Positions 16,732 to 26,081 of a DNA stretch of 38,671 nucleotides are shown piece by piece. This stretch comes from a virus (taxonomy: Duplodnaviria > Caudoviricetes): positions 1 through 38,671 of IMG/VR virus record IMGVR_UViG_3300026543_000029, one strand, 5' to 3'. The notes under the pieces are model-generated. The model was not told the origin of the DNA. It searched no databases and was given only the letters and a program-made list of their open reading frames with translations. The position numbers were made by a program, and so were the translations under genes. Position 1 is the stretch's first letter, and the number at the start of each line of letters is the position of its first letter.

Positions 16732-16989
16732 TTATACAGCAATTTTTTCTGGTTTAATTACGTTGTTTACATATAGAGCCATTTTTTTTGCACATGTTTT
16801 ACATATCTCGATGTCACCACAAGGCATCGGTATTTTAGGATTAGCCCCAAGAAATGCTTCAAACGATGGATTAAACGGCCTCAAAATATCATATCCTGCA
16901 CCTGTTCCCTTTTTTTGTTCAAAAACAGAAGATAATACTACATCTTGTTTACAGAAATCACATTGTGTTATAGTGCGATTGTTACCCAT
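16732..16989 (-). CDS. Zn-finger protein
   Basis: CDFC...EICKTC. Confidence 0.55.
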   Translation of the reverse strand: MGNNRTITQCDFCKQDVVLSSVFEQKKGTGAGYDILRPFNPSFEAFLGANPKIPMPCGDIEICKTCAKKMALYVNNVIKPEKIAV

Positions 16990-17174
16990 TACATTCCACC
17001 GTTTGTAAAGAAGTATCTCTGTATAACCTTGGTATATCGGTGAGCCTTTGTCCTGTCATCCTCGCCTGTCTTCTCGATTCTCTCGTCTATCTCTACCATC
17101 AGTTTGGTAACTTCGAGCTGTCCCTCTAGGAACTGCTTTAGGATATCCTCTGGGGATTTGTGTCTCTGCATCAT
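16989..17174 (-). CDS. Hypothetical protein
   Basis: Tightly packed ORF in the minus-strand operon. Confidence 0.5.
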   Translation of the reverse strand: MMQRHKSPEDILKQFLEGQLEVTKLMVEIDERIEKTGEDDRTKAHRYTKVIQRYFFTNGGM

Positions 17175-17176
17175 AT

Positions 17177-17308
17177 CTATTCTATAAACCTCTTTTTACC
17201 CAACACATAAGATTGAATCTGGGTTTGACAATCAAGACAGAATATACCATCATGTACTCGTTTTGTATGATTGTGATAACATTGTGTTCTAATTAATTTC
17301 AGTTTCAT
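17177..17308 (-). CDS. Zn-binding microprotein (43 aa)
   Basis: Manual translation ...CYH...FCLDC...; fills the gap with an ATGA overlap. Confidence 0.5.
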   Translation of the reverse strand: MKLKLIRTQCYHNHTKRVHDGIFCLDCQTQIQSYVLGKKRFIE

Positions 17309-17496
17309 TTTCCTTCCACCTTAGCCAGCCTATCTGATAACTCCCTGCTCCAGTCTATTAACTGATTGATCTTCTCTGCATTGGCATACTCGTCTTTTGA
17401 TATAGTTAGGATAGGGTTCTGGTTCTTATCTAAATAGGCAAAACTGCCGTCCTCTCCCTCTGTAAGCTTTTCGAGTGGGATCTTATCCATGTTCAA
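17305..17496 (-). CDS. Hypothetical protein
   Basis: Coupled ORF. Confidence 0.5.
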   Translation of the reverse strand: MNMDKIPLEKLTEGEDGSFAYLDKNQNPILTISKDEYANAEKINQLIDWSRELSDRLAKVEGK

Positions 17497-17720
17497 GATG
17501 CCTTCAACCCCAAAATCTTATGAAATAATCTTTCTAAAGCGTCAGCCGTGGCATGACTCCCAACATCTCTTAGAGCCTTAATCTCTAATGGCATTATTTT
17601 TTTCAATCGCTCCACAATCTGATGCTCTTGTTCATCGGTATATGCGTACTCTACCTTTATGGGACTATCACTAATAATGGTCTTAATCATTTCTTCATCC
17701 AAATGCTTTAAACTCTGCAT
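17493..17720 (-). CDS. Hypothetical protein, distant member of the LTKDDF/IVERLKK family
   Basis: QIVERLKK and terminal KIL. Confidence 0.55.
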   Translation of the reverse strand: MQSLKHLDEEMIKTIISDSPIKVEYAYTDEQEHQIVERLKKIMPLEIKALRDVGSHATADALERLFHKILGLKAS

Positions 17721-17967
17721 CTGTAATGCCCAAGGCTTTTACATCCCTGGGATGGTTTCTTAATCTGCTTAGAGCATAAAGTATTTTTCCATCATTGGCA
17801 CGTTTGGGCAGTAATCCTAATTTTATAACTAGAGCATCCCTGTCTATCTTAGATGGTGGTGTGTTAGCAGCAAGTCTATTCTTTGAGGAAAAATCCCCTC
17901 GAACCCATTCGCTCTTTGGTTTAAGCTGCTTTACTGCTTTCTTGCTGGTTTTCTTCTTGATAGGCAT
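17695..17967 (-). CDS. Basic hypothetical protein
   Basis: Lys-rich N-terminus. Confidence 0.5.
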   Translation of the reverse strand: MPIKKKTSKKAVKQLKPKSEWVRGDFSSKNRLAANTPPSKIDRDALVIKLGLLPKRANDGKILYALSRLRNHPRDVKALGITDAEFKAFG

Positions 17968-18366
17968 CTCCCAGTATTCTCCTTATATCATGGTACACTG
18001 ACCTTAATCTAATAAGTGATTCCGCAGGTTCAGACTCCATAACTTTGAGGTATTCTATGATGTGGTGAACTATTTCTCTATCTCTTTTATTTTGCCTGTC
18101 GAGAATATTGCTACCTGATCTGCCTGTTTGATTATCCATTGAATGCCATCCCATTCCATAATGCCTGTTTCGTGTAAAAGTCTAAAACCTCTGTGTATGC
18201 AATCTCTTGGTTTGTTGAATCGAATTTGGTTACACCATAATCTATTCATTCCACTACCTCTAGATCCATTCATCTTTAGATAACGGTGTGCGTTCCTGAT
18301 AGTCTACCTGTATGCCGATAGGTCTATCTCCAGGTGACGGCATAATTCGTATCGTCTTAATCATTC

Positions 18367-19815
18367 TCATTCCACTACCTCAGTCAATACCTTGACATGC
18401 CCGCTCTTCTTTTTAGGTCTGTCCATTATCTTGCCGTCTGCTGTTATGCCTATAGAGGAGTAATCAAACCCTTGCAAGTCCCACAGCATCATGTCTAGTG
18501 CATCAACTAGATCAAAGGGCACCTCCTTCTTGTCTATCCCTCCCATCTTGTCGAACTTTACCGCCCTCATCTGTGAGATTAGAGCCTTGAATGTAGGGTG
18601 TATCCTTACCAGCTTGTTCTTGACCATGACTGAGGCATTGATTGGCATCTTCTTCTTTAGTGTCGTGGTAGTTTCACTCTCGCTGCCTTCCACTTCAGGT
18701 ACCAGAGTGCCAAAGGCTACTGCCAAGGCTGGTACCCCTCTTGTATTTAGATCCTTGATGAATCCAGGATGTGCAGCATCTACCTTGCATGATTGTTTGT
18801 GTCTGTTATATGATTCCTCCATTACATCCAGCATCGTATTAGGGGATGCTCTGGCGTATTCCTCTGCCTCTGTTAGATATACAATGCCATCCCTTACCTC
18901 CCCTGCTACCTTGCCAAACTTTGATGAACCAAACGCTGGGTCAGCATATGTACCAGCTCGCCCTCCTGTATAATTCAGATCATACTCTTCTAGTATATCG
19001 TCTACTGCCTCAAAGATATCCCCGAGCCCATAGCCGTACTCACCCCATGCCTCTCTTAGGAAGCTGGGTGATTTCTTCCATTCCTCTGCTTGTTGTATAG
19101 TGAACCGTCCGTCCTTTAATGCCCTGTCTAGTAGCATGAACTTCCTTCTATACAGGCACTTGTTCTCTGCCTCCCCCTCTATCTCCTCAAATAACCCACC
19201 TGGCAGATAGGCAGTAGATACCCATACAATCCAGGGGTTCGTCTTTGGGATATATCGTTCAGCCACCTCTCTTGCCTCATACTGCTGTCCCTTTGGGAAT
19301 AGGTCACCCTCCTCCATTAGCATTAGAATAGGGTTTAACCCATGAGCAGAGGCTACATGGTGGGAAGGGAATGCTGCTATCTTTACGCCGTTTAGGATAC
19401 AGACTGTTTCTTTTGTCTTAGGCAAGTCAGGGAACAGCGCCTTTAGTCTCTGCATTATAGTAATGGCCAGATCAATTCTTGGACCTGTGATTAGAATAAC
19501 ATCTATATCGATATGCCTCTCCTTCCATGTGTCATCCTTAAGACAGTTCCATGCTATCCATCTAAGCATGAACTCTGTAATGCCTAGCCCTGCACATTTC
19601 TTTACCCATAGGTGCAATGTCTCTGCCAGGTCATCAGCTAGTTCTCTCTCGTAATCTAGATAATCTAATTTAATCTGTAGCCAGTCCCAGAACTGCTTAA
19701 ACGTCATTCCCCTGCACTCAGGGAAATCTATACTGCTAGTTACGTGAAACTTGCGATTGTAATGGTCACTAGTTTGTTCGTACTTCTGGTTCCAGTTTCG
19801 CCTGTCTGTCTGCAT
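18367..19815 (-). CDS. terL: Terminase large subunit
   Basis: Walker A variant VKKCAGLGITE, Walker B LMLMEEG, motif III VST, RNase-H-like YADPAFG and DLVDAL. Confidence 0.88.
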   Translation of the reverse strand: MQTDRRNWNQKYEQTSDHYNRKFHVTSSIDFPECRGMTFKQFWDWLQIKLDYLDYERELADDLAETLHLWVKKCAGLGITEFMLRWIAWNCLKDDTWKERHIDIDVILITGPRIDLAITIMQRLKALFPDLPKTKETVCILNGVKIAAFPSHHVASAHGLNPILMLMEEGDLFPKGQQYEAREVAERYIPKTNPWIVWVSTAYLPGGLFEEIEGEAENKCLYRRKFMLLDRALKDGRFTIQQAEEWKKSPSFLREAWGEYGYGLGDIFEAVDDILEEYDLNYTGGRAGTYADPAFGSSKFGKVAGEVRDGIVYLTEAEEYARASPNTMLDVMEESYNRHKQSCKVDAAHPGFIKDLNTRGVPALAVAFGTLVPEVEGSESETTTTLKKKMPINASVMVKNKLVRIHPTFKALISQMRAVKFDKMGGIDKKEVPFDLVDALDMMLWDLQGFDYSSIGITADGKIMDRPKKKSGHVKVLTEVVE

Positions 19816-20011
19816 TCTTGAATAGCTCCTCTACTCTTAATACTATCTTGGCTAATTCAGCCTTCTCATGTGATGCCCTGAGATATCTGTCAAAGTATGC
19901 AAGCTTTAATGAATGTGGTTTTACCTGATTCATTGTGGTTAGAACCATCTTGATATTAGTCTCTAATCTGGAACCATCTCTATTCAAGTCTGTCCATGAA
20001 ACATTGGGCAT
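19769..20011 (-). CDS. Possible terminase small subunit
   Basis: Position only (overlaps the terL start); helical. Confidence 0.35.
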   Translation of the reverse strand: MPNVSWTDLNRDGSRLETNIKMVLTTMNQVKPHSLKLAYFDRYLRASHEKAELAKIVLRVEELFKNADRQAKLEPEVRTN

Positions 20012-20077
20012 ATTGGTACAAGGTTAATGTGTAACCATGCCTAAAAAGGTCTTTGATTATATAAACTAGTCATATCG

Positions 20078-20203
20078 TTAAGCTCTACTACCATGAAGAC
20101 CTAAATTTCGCCTTAAATGTTCAAACCGTTCTTTACAGAGTGGGCATTTTTCAGTACTCATATACCACCATACTTGACATCCAGGGCATCTGTCCATAGC
20201 CAT
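20078..20203 (-). CDS. Zn-ribbon microprotein (41 aa)
   Basis: CPGCQVWW...CPLCK; AGGTG SD. Confidence 0.55.
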   Translation of the reverse strand: MAMDRCPGCQVWWYMSTEKCPLCKERFEHLRRNLGLHGSRA

Positions 20204-20316
20204 TATGGTAAACACCTGTTAATCATCTATTACTCCATAGGAGAGCCTTCTCATAAACTCTTTATCCCCCCATAGCTTTAGCATCCTTCTCTTCCTGTAT
20301 GCCAAGGTCTTAGGAC

Positions 20317-21600
20317 TCATGCTATTAGCCTCTCATTCATGTATAGTTCGAGTCTCTTTTTAGCAATATCGATATACTCTTGCTTTAACTCTATCCCTAT
20401 CCACCTTCTGCCTAGCTTCTCGGCTGCTATACCTACCGTACCAGCTCCAAAGAATGGATCTAATACTATTCCAGCTTCAAATCCTGCATTACAACCACAG
20501 TCAGTATAACCTATGATTTCATGTGTATTATAGCCTACACCTTTTCGATTAACAGTAGCTACCCGTCTATCGCCTTTAGCTTCTAGTTCATAGACACCGT
20601 TATTGTAAGGTTTCCTTATTGGATTGAATGTAGTTTTAGATACTGGCTCTCTATTCTTCCCACACTTCTTGCATATCTGTTCAGGACATGCACACTTTAG
20701 AATCTTTAATGGAAGATCTACAGGGAATGTGGCAAAGTGTGCCTCTGGGAATGGCTTTGGGTTGATAAAGAATACATCACCTGGATTCTTGCCGTTTGGA
20801 TTGTTTAGATTGTTGCCGTCCTTGTCATAGTTGCCATAATGTTTGTCGGCTATGGTCTGCATGCCAGAGTGTTTACGTTCGCCCTTCTCGTTATGGGTTG
20901 TTAATTCCTCATCGCTTGCAGTCCAACTTCTATCTCCAAGCTTGGATTGAGCATGGCCTGTCTTATTCTCTCGTACTCTGATATTGAATGGTTTTGTTTC
21001 TGTTAGTGTCTTCTCTCTCACAGCATCCAAATTAAAATAATATTTTTGTTGCTTGGCAAAAAAGAATATGGACTCCCACTTGTTTGTGAACCTATCCTTG
21101 ACACTAGATGGCATACTGTTAGACTTGTACCATGGGATATGATTTCGTGCTATCCAACCGTTATCTATGCAGGCGATGTAAAATCTTTCAGGCATACCGA
21201 TTCTAGATTTGACAGGTACTGATTGTTTTTTATATGGTACTAAGCCCTGAAAGTGATTGTCTTGTTTTTTTGATGAATCACAGGAATGACAATCACATCC
21301 CATTCCATGAAGTCCTGATTGACCATAAATGCTCCCAGTGTTAGTGCCATAAGTATCTCCAAGATTAATCCAGACCGTACCTGTGTTCTTTAGGACCCGC
21401 TTTATCTTATCCATGAATGCCTGCATATGCTCTAGGTATTTGTGAAAGTCTTCCTCTAATCCCCACTGACCTTCTACCCCATAGTCTCTTAATCCCCAGT
21501 ATGGTGGGCTAGTTATTACACAGTCAATGGATTCTTCATCCATTCTGTCTAGCTGTTCAAGGACATCGCCTTGCATGATAAGTCGATTTAATTCTGTCAT
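20317..21600 (-). CDS. Orphan beta-class amino-DNA methyltransferase (probably m4C)
   Basis: TSPPY (motif IV) at the N-terminus, HFATFP, LDPFFGAGT (motif I), GRRWIGIE; Cys-rich inserts. Confidence 0.92.
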   Translation of the reverse strand: MTELNRLIMQGDVLEQLDRMDEESIDCVITSPPYWGLRDYGVEGQWGLEEDFHKYLEHMQAFMDKIKRVLKNTGTVWINLGDTYGTNTGSIYGQSGLHGMGCDCHSCDSSKKQDNHFQGLVPYKKQSVPVKSRIGMPERFYIACIDNGWIARNHIPWYKSNSMPSSVKDRFTNKWESIFFFAKQQKYYFNLDAVREKTLTETKPFNIRVRENKTGHAQSKLGDRSWTASDEELTTHNEKGERKHSGMQTIADKHYGNYDKDGNNLNNPNGKNPGDVFFINPKPFPEAHFATFPVDLPLKILKCACPEQICKKCGKNREPVSKTTFNPIRKPYNNGVYELEAKGDRRVATVNRKGVGYNTHEIIGYTDCGCNAGFEAGIVLDPFFGAGTVGIAAEKLGRRWIGIELKQEYIDIAKKRLELYMNERLIA

Positions 21601-22493
21601 TATACCATCGTTATCTTGTCTGGTATAAATTTAGACCATTCCTGTCTGGCAAAGCAGTATAGCATGAATATATCCGAATTGGGGTTATACCTTCTCTCCG
21701 TCCTCCAAGAGCCGCACACCATACACTGCTGGCCTATGAATCCTGCTGACTTTGCCTGATGTTTTGTTAGAGGCTCATATAGTAGATCGGTCTTTGATAC
21801 GTGCTGCTTTAGTATCTTGCCTGATTGTTTAGGGGTGAGCTCAGCCTCTTCTGTCCTGAATCTCACGTAATGCGAATAAGCATCGGATAGTGTTGCCTGT
21901 GCCTTGGCATATACAAGAAGGTGCATGGTAGTCGGTGGTACCTTCTCTCTGCCATCCAGTATCTGGGATAATCGGGCTAAAGAATAGTTCATTCGTAATG
22001 CGTATTCGTCCCATTCTACTCTAGGTATGTGTGGTTCTATTTCCATCTTTTTCTCTAATGCTCGCTTGAACTCTTTTAGGACGTCTATTGTATCTGAGAT
22101 AATTTGGATATAGTTTTTGTTTTGAATGGAATAATCAAAGGAACTATCTGAACGTGGATCATCCTCGTTCATACTTTCATACTCGTCTAGATTGTCCTTG
22201 CCTACATTAGTGACTAACTTGTATTTATAATCTAGGGATTCCCTGACATAGAAAATTGCTGAAGTCATTCCAGCTTCCCTAAGCTTTGCAGAGATGTGGC
22301 TGGAGATTGTATTTACTGGTGCATCATACACCTTTAGAGCCTGTAGCTTTTCCAGGTTCACTGCCCAGCGTGTTATTAAATCTCTCTTAGGAGATGATGA
22401 TACCCAGATGGAGTTCTCAACGGAGCCAGGATTAAATAACTCTTTTTCAATCCATTCGTTCTCCTGAATGAGATTAGCTACGGTATCATCCAT
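21600..22493 (-). CDS. Hypothetical protein with C-terminal CxxC
   Basis: 297-aa helical ORF; no motif recognised. Confidence 0.6.
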   Translation of the reverse strand: MDDTVANLIQENEWIEKELFNPGSVENSIWVSSSPKRDLITRWAVNLEKLQALKVYDAPVNTISSHISAKLREAGMTSAIFYVRESLDYKYKLVTNVGKDNLDEYESMNEDDPRSDSSFDYSIQNKNYIQIISDTIDVLKEFKRALEKKMEIEPHIPRVEWDEYALRMNYSLARLSQILDGREKVPPTTMHLLVYAKAQATLSDAYSHYVRFRTEEAELTPKQSGKILKQHVSKTDLLYEPLTKHQAKSAGFIGQQCMVCGSWRTERRYNPNSDIFMLYCFARQEWSKFIPDKITMV

Positions 22494-22713
22494 TCCTATA
22501 GGGTTATTATTCTATGGAACTATCTAAAATATCATGTGGAATTAATTTGACTTGTTCTTAAGTATCATTGTATACTTTCCTTTGGTTTAGACCAATCTTC
22601 GATATCAGGGGTGAGGGCTTCCGTTACCTTTACCAAAGTTTCTTCAGATATATTATTACAAATTGCGAGTTTAACTAATAGATCCGCCAAATCTCTTTTT
22701 CCGAATTCAGTCA

Positions 22714-22986
22714 TCAAGTATCACCTAGTTTTGCAAAGTGCTCCCTATACTCCTCTGCCTTGGAGTAATTCTTAAATCCGTCTGGGATGATACGCCTGAA
22801 TGCCCTATCGATACTATGATAGTTTGTAAGCTCCTTGGGATCTAGTGTTCTATCTCCAAAGCCATTCCACATTTTCCAAAACGCTATCAGCCGCTCGTTG
22901 GGGGTCGCCTGGATTAGCTCTGGGTGTATATTGAACATCTCGCCTATCCTGCTTTTTATGGTAGCTTGCTCCTCAGATACTGTCAA
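22714..22986 (-). CDS. Hypothetical protein
   Basis: SIDRAFRRI motif; coupled ORF. Confidence 0.55.
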   Translation of the reverse strand: MTVSEEQATIKSRIGEMFNIHPELIQATPNERLIAFWKMWNGFGDRTLDPKELTNYHSIDRAFRRIIPDGFKNYSKAEEYREHFAKLGDT

Positions 22987-23351
22987 GAGTAAGCACCTAC
23001 CATATACCTGTAAATCTCCTTGGTGAACATGCCCTTTTTGGCGTCTACTGCCTTTGGGTGACGTTCTTGTACTCTTATATCTATTATATCCAACAGGTCA
23101 ATCTGGTCATCGATTATCTTGATATTCATGTCTATCTTTTTCTGCTTCTCTGGGCTCGGGTTCTCTGCTAAAGTTTCAGTGTATAGTTGTGTTTCTGTCT
23201 GTGGTGCGGTAATTGTTCCTGAATCCATATCGTGCGGAGTAGGACACATAGAGTGCACCCACTTGCCTACCTCATTCTTCTCAATCTCCACTCCTATTGC
23301 TATCTTCTGGTTGCAGTTGGTGCAAGTTGATGTGTCATATTTTGATTTCAA
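22983..23351 (-). CDS. Zn-finger protein (CxxC...HxxC)
   Basis: SKY.TSTCTNC.QKI.IG...WVH.MC. Confidence 0.6.
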   Translation of the reverse strand: MKSKYDTSTCTNCNQKIAIGVEIEKNEVGKWVHSMCPTPHDMDSGTITAPQTETQLYTETLAENPSPEKQKKIDMNIKIIDDQIDLLDIIDIRVQERHPKAVDAKKGMFTKEIYRYMVGAYS

Positions 23352-23476
23352 TTTAATCCAAGCCCCTTCTTTAGAACCCTTTCAACAAATCGTGATATAG
23401 GCACATCCACAGGACACTTCATGATTATCTTATCGATGAGGGTTTCATCAAGGCTGTATGCTACTGACTTTCTCAT
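23348..23476 (-). CDS. Ribbon-helix-helix (CopG-like) regulator, 42 aa
   Basis: Manual translation MRKSVAYSLDETLIDKI...PISRFVERVLKKGL; GGAGG SD. Confidence 0.65.
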   Translation of the reverse strand: MRKSVAYSLDETLIDKIIMKCPVDVPISRFVERVLKKGLGLN

Positions 23477-23561
23477 TCCTTTACCTCCTTTAGAACATAT
23501 TTGCCCTTTGTTTTATCATAGGCAATCCATGCTGGTAGAGCAGGCCAATTAATTTTTGCCA

Positions 23562-23684
23562 TCAGTTATCAATCTCCATATGAGTTTTGATATGGTTACC
23601 ATAATGACCAAGATTAGTGTATTCCTTACCACAGTGACTACACTTACAATATGTTGCAATTCTTGGTTTTCTTTCTTCTTTCAT
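23562..23684 (-). CDS. Classical C2H2 Zn-finger microprotein, 40 aa
   Basis: CSHCGKEYTNLGHYGNHIKTH = C-x2-C-x12-H-x3-H; TATA box upstream. Confidence 0.7.
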   Translation of the reverse strand: MKEERKPRIATYCKCSHCGKEYTNLGHYGNHIKTHMEIDN

Positions 23685-23782
23685 ACTATATCTATATCTA
23701 ATAGAGTTAATAAACCTATGTGATTTAATATGATAATTCCATGATACTAAACCTTATAAACCTAATAGTATCTACCTATAGT
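23685..23782. promoter_or_regulatory. Divergent promoter pair (putative early control region)
   Basis: TTTATTAA (minus strand) and AAACCTTATAAA (plus strand), each ending about 22 nt before an ATG; three TAAACCT repeats. Confidence 0.7.
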
Positions 23783-23962
23783 ATGGCTCAAATAACACAA
23801 AACCAAACCTGTGACCAATGCAATAGAACAGCAAAATACACATATCCAGTAGCAGGCTGTGAAGATGCAGTAAAGTGTGGATATCATACATGGTGGTTTG
23901 GCACTCAAGGTGACCCAGAATATCACCAACGGCTAAGAACTGAATATGAGGTTGAGAACTAA
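23783..23962 (+). CDS. Zn-binding small protein (start revised to ATG 23783)
   Basis: CDQC...CGYH; TATA spacing fixes the start. Confidence 0.6.
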   Translation: MAQITQNQTCDQCNRTAKYTYPVAGCEDAVKCGYHTWWFGTQGDPEYHQRLRTEYEVEN

Positions 23963-24180
23963 TGGAAGAATCAACCCTCAAGGTAATCAAAGATAAGGAT
24001 GACTATAAGACCAAGGTAGAGATTAAGGAGAACGCAAAGGGTGAGGCATCCATCACTGTGACATACAGGGATGATGACCCAAAGGTGGCAGTTGAGATGG
24101 CTTTGAAATCCTACAATGCAACCAAAGATGCACTCCTGTTAATAGAGAAGGCACGAAAAGATATGGAGAACAAGGAATGA
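23962..24180 (+). CDS. Hypothetical protein
   Basis: VEIKENAKG..SITV pattern; coupled ORF. Confidence 0.6.
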   Translation: MEESTLKVIKDKDDYKTKVEIKENAKGEASITVTYRDDDPKVAVEMALKSYNATKDALLLIEKARKDMENKE

Positions 24181-24476
24181 ACGAATTATATGGTGATATG
24201 CCAATAACAGCAACCAAAGAGATAGTGGATATTTGGAAAAATGATAATCTTAAACTTTATGAGGTTTGGGCTTCTTTAGGTAAATTTCTCTATGATTATT
24301 ATGGTAAAGATGAAAACAAGAAAGTAATTGATAAGGCGGCAGGACTAATGAATGAAGCTTATATCAACCAACATCATTCAGGAGGTTCTCATGGCGTGGT
24401 CACACAATGTATTATGGAATATTTAAGCGGGAAAATGAGTGAGAAAGAAAAAAGGATCATAAAGCCTAATGACTGA
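24177..24476 (+). CDS. Hypothetical protein
   Basis: HSGGS motif; coupled ORF. Confidence 0.55.
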   Translation: MNELYGDMPITATKEIVDIWKNDNLKLYEVWASLGKFLYDYYGKDENKKVIDKAAGLMNEAYINQHHSGGSHGVVTQCIMEYLSGKMSEKEKRIIKPND

Positions 24477-24663
24477 CACCAACAAGAAGTACACCACAAG
24501 AGGCAAGAGATTCACCCCATACAACCAGACTAATGGCATGCTGTTCCATGATGTCCTGATTAATGTGCACACAAAGCCAGAGATAATTGTGAGGCATCCT
24601 ATACCAGGCTGCTGGGTGCAGAGAGGCAAGAGCCATATTCAGTGGTCAAAGAGTGGGAAATGA
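24469..24663 (+). CDS. Hypothetical protein
   Basis: Coupled ORF. Confidence 0.45.
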   Translation: MTDTNKKYTTRGKRFTPYNQTNGMLFHDVLINVHTKPEIIVRHPIPGCWVQRGKSHIQWSKSGK

Positions 24664-24844
24664 TGTGATTAAATGTAAAATTATAGGTCATAACTGGGAA
24701 ATGTTTTGGACTGACCATACAAAAGTTTCATGTGATTTATTCTGCCTGAGATGTGGCAAACAAATGCCCAGTTCAAAAACTAAGACAATAGAACCATTAT
24801 CCTTTGCTAAACTACAAGAGTTAAGGCGTAATGATGGTAAGTAG
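24653..24844 (+). CDS. DUF1660-like Zn-binding small protein
   Basis: CKIIGHNW...CLRCG. Confidence 0.55.
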   Translation: MGNDVIKCKIIGHNWEMFWTDHTKVSCDLFCLRCGKQMPSSKTKTIEPLSFAKLQELRRNDGK

Positions 24845-24855
24845 AGGCTAACGAT

Positions 24856-24987
24856 ATGAGTAGTTTAAAACTTGGTGATAAATGGAATCATTTTTGGTGC
24901 TTTGTATTGGGTCATAATACAAGAGACTGGTGGTTCTATCGAGAATGTCAGCGATGTGGGGATGGATATGAGGATTTGAAACAATGA
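24856..24987 (+). CDS. Second DUF1660-like microprotein (43 aa)
   Basis: Manual translation CFVLGHN...CQRCG; ATGA overlap with the next gene. Confidence 0.55.
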   Translation: MSSLKLGDKWNHFWCFVLGHNTRDWWFYRECQRCGDGYEDLKQ

Positions 24988-25412
24988 AGGGGAACAAATC
25001 GTTTATCAGCCGTGCCATGAAGTCACAAGACTATCAGGGCGATATAGAGGAGAGGGGTAAGGTGTTAAGGATATTGAATACAAGGTTCCTGCTGAACCCT
25101 TTATTGGATGAGACCATATTCATATCCAAAAAGACTGGAAGAATGGGACAGCCCAGCTCAAGAAGCAAGGAGGATCTATTGGATCATTGGTGGCCTCACA
25201 ATCCTGACCTGTATATCAAGCACAAGAAGATAGCTATAGAAATTGATGGCTCTGTGCACTGGCAGAACAGCAGGGCTCAAAGGAGGACGAACGAGCGAAA
25301 CGAGCACTATTCAATGGCTGGCATTACACTGGTATGGCTTACAAAGGAGACGGTTCTAAAGTGTACGGATGAGGAGCTTGAGATAGTTCTCAGGGAGAAG
25401 CTGGGATTATGA
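24984..25412 (+). CDS. DUF559/Vsr-like PD-(D/E)xK endonuclease
   Basis: PDLY....IAIEIDGSVHW...RN....G..LV. Confidence 0.8.
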   Translation: MKGNKSFISRAMKSQDYQGDIEERGKVLRILNTRFLLNPLLDETIFISKKTGRMGQPSSRSKEDLLDHWWPHNPDLYIKHKKIAIEIDGSVHWQNSRAQRRTNERNEHYSMAGITLVWLTKETVLKCTDEELEIVLREKLGL

Positions 25413-25678
25413 CTTTGACTAAAGATGATTTTATGCAAGTTGATGAAGAATTAGATTTTGAAAACCACTTGATTATTTCAGAGGAAGTTCTAGCACAAAT
25501 CCTAAAGAATCAGGATATAGTTGAACGATTGAAAAAACTAGATTTACCATATATCATTCAATTGTTAAAAGAATATGGATTTGCTATATGTCAAACCTCA
25601 GAGTGTAGATACAAAGTAGCATCTCAATGTGATCCACTTCAGGAACTTACAAAGATTCTGGATGGAAAAGATGCCTAA
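25409..25678 (+). CDS. Hypothetical protein, LTKDDF family
   Basis: Shares conserved blocks with the junction ORF. Confidence 0.7.
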   Translation: MTLTKDDFMQVDEELDFENHLIISEEVLAQILKNQDIVERLKKLDLPYIIQLLKEYGFAICQTSECRYKVASQCDPLQELTKILDGKDA

Positions 25679-25820
25679 CATATCATATACAGATGCAGAG
25701 TATTGCCGCACTTGTAAGGTGAGGTATCCTATAGGTACACGGTTCTGTAAGAAATGTAAGTGTCTTCTAGCCATTGCACCCAAGAACAAGAGATGGCAGA
25801 AGATTAAGACTAGATACTAG
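25671..25820 (+). CDS. Zn-ribbon microprotein
   Basis: YCRTC...FCKKCKCLL...PK; start ATG 25671. Confidence 0.6.
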   Translation: MPNISYTDAEYCRTCKVRYPIGTRFCKKCKCLLAIAPKNKRWQKIKTRY

Positions 25821-25989
25821 ATTTCATTATAGATAGTTTGGCTTGTATTGCATTAAGATATGATACTGCGGTACTGTGTGTTACGCCTAACCCCATGCAC
25901 CATCTCATCATCTCGTTTTTGGTTTTGCCATTTAGTGCCATCTTTAACAGGTGGTTAAGTCGTATAGACCTGAGATGATCAGGTTTCAT
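25810..25989 (-). CDS. HTH-like small protein (59 aa)
   Basis: Manual translation ...GKTKNEM...LGVTHSTAVSYLNAIQAKL. Confidence 0.55.
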   Translation of the reverse strand: MKPDHLRSIRLNHLLKMALNGKTKNEMMRWCMGLGVTHSTAVSYLNAIQAKLSIMKSSI

Positions 25990-26081
25990 TTTCTACAATA
26001 CGGGCAGTCGCCGTAACTCTTATGATATTCCAGATTATGCCAGGGACAGAACTTGAAATCTGATTTTGTTTTATTTGACAT
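25986..26081 (-). CDS. Zn-binding microprotein (31 aa)
   Basis: KFCPWH..YH...DCPYC; resembles the motif in 34986..35183. Confidence 0.5.
   Translation of the reverse strand: MSNKTKSDFKFCPWHNLEYHKSYGDCPYCRK

Noticed and set aside
17921-18273. Overlapping ORFs 17921..18154 and 18070..18273
   Set aside because: They may be real but overlap substantially and show no motifs; I could not decide their starts or validity
1153-19654. Numerous plus-strand ORFs opposite the late genes (e.g. 8933..9340, 14955..15419, 18491..18973)
   Set aside because: They overlap motif-bearing minus-strand genes and have no signals of their own; only neuB is retained
23741-23782. Annotated ATG at 23741
   Set aside because: It lies upstream of the TATA box; ATG 23783 fits the promoter spacing
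24984-25412. Restriction-modification pair with the methyltransferase
   Set aside because: The genes are over 3 kb apart on opposite strands, and DUF559/Vsr-like nucleases are common solitary viral genes
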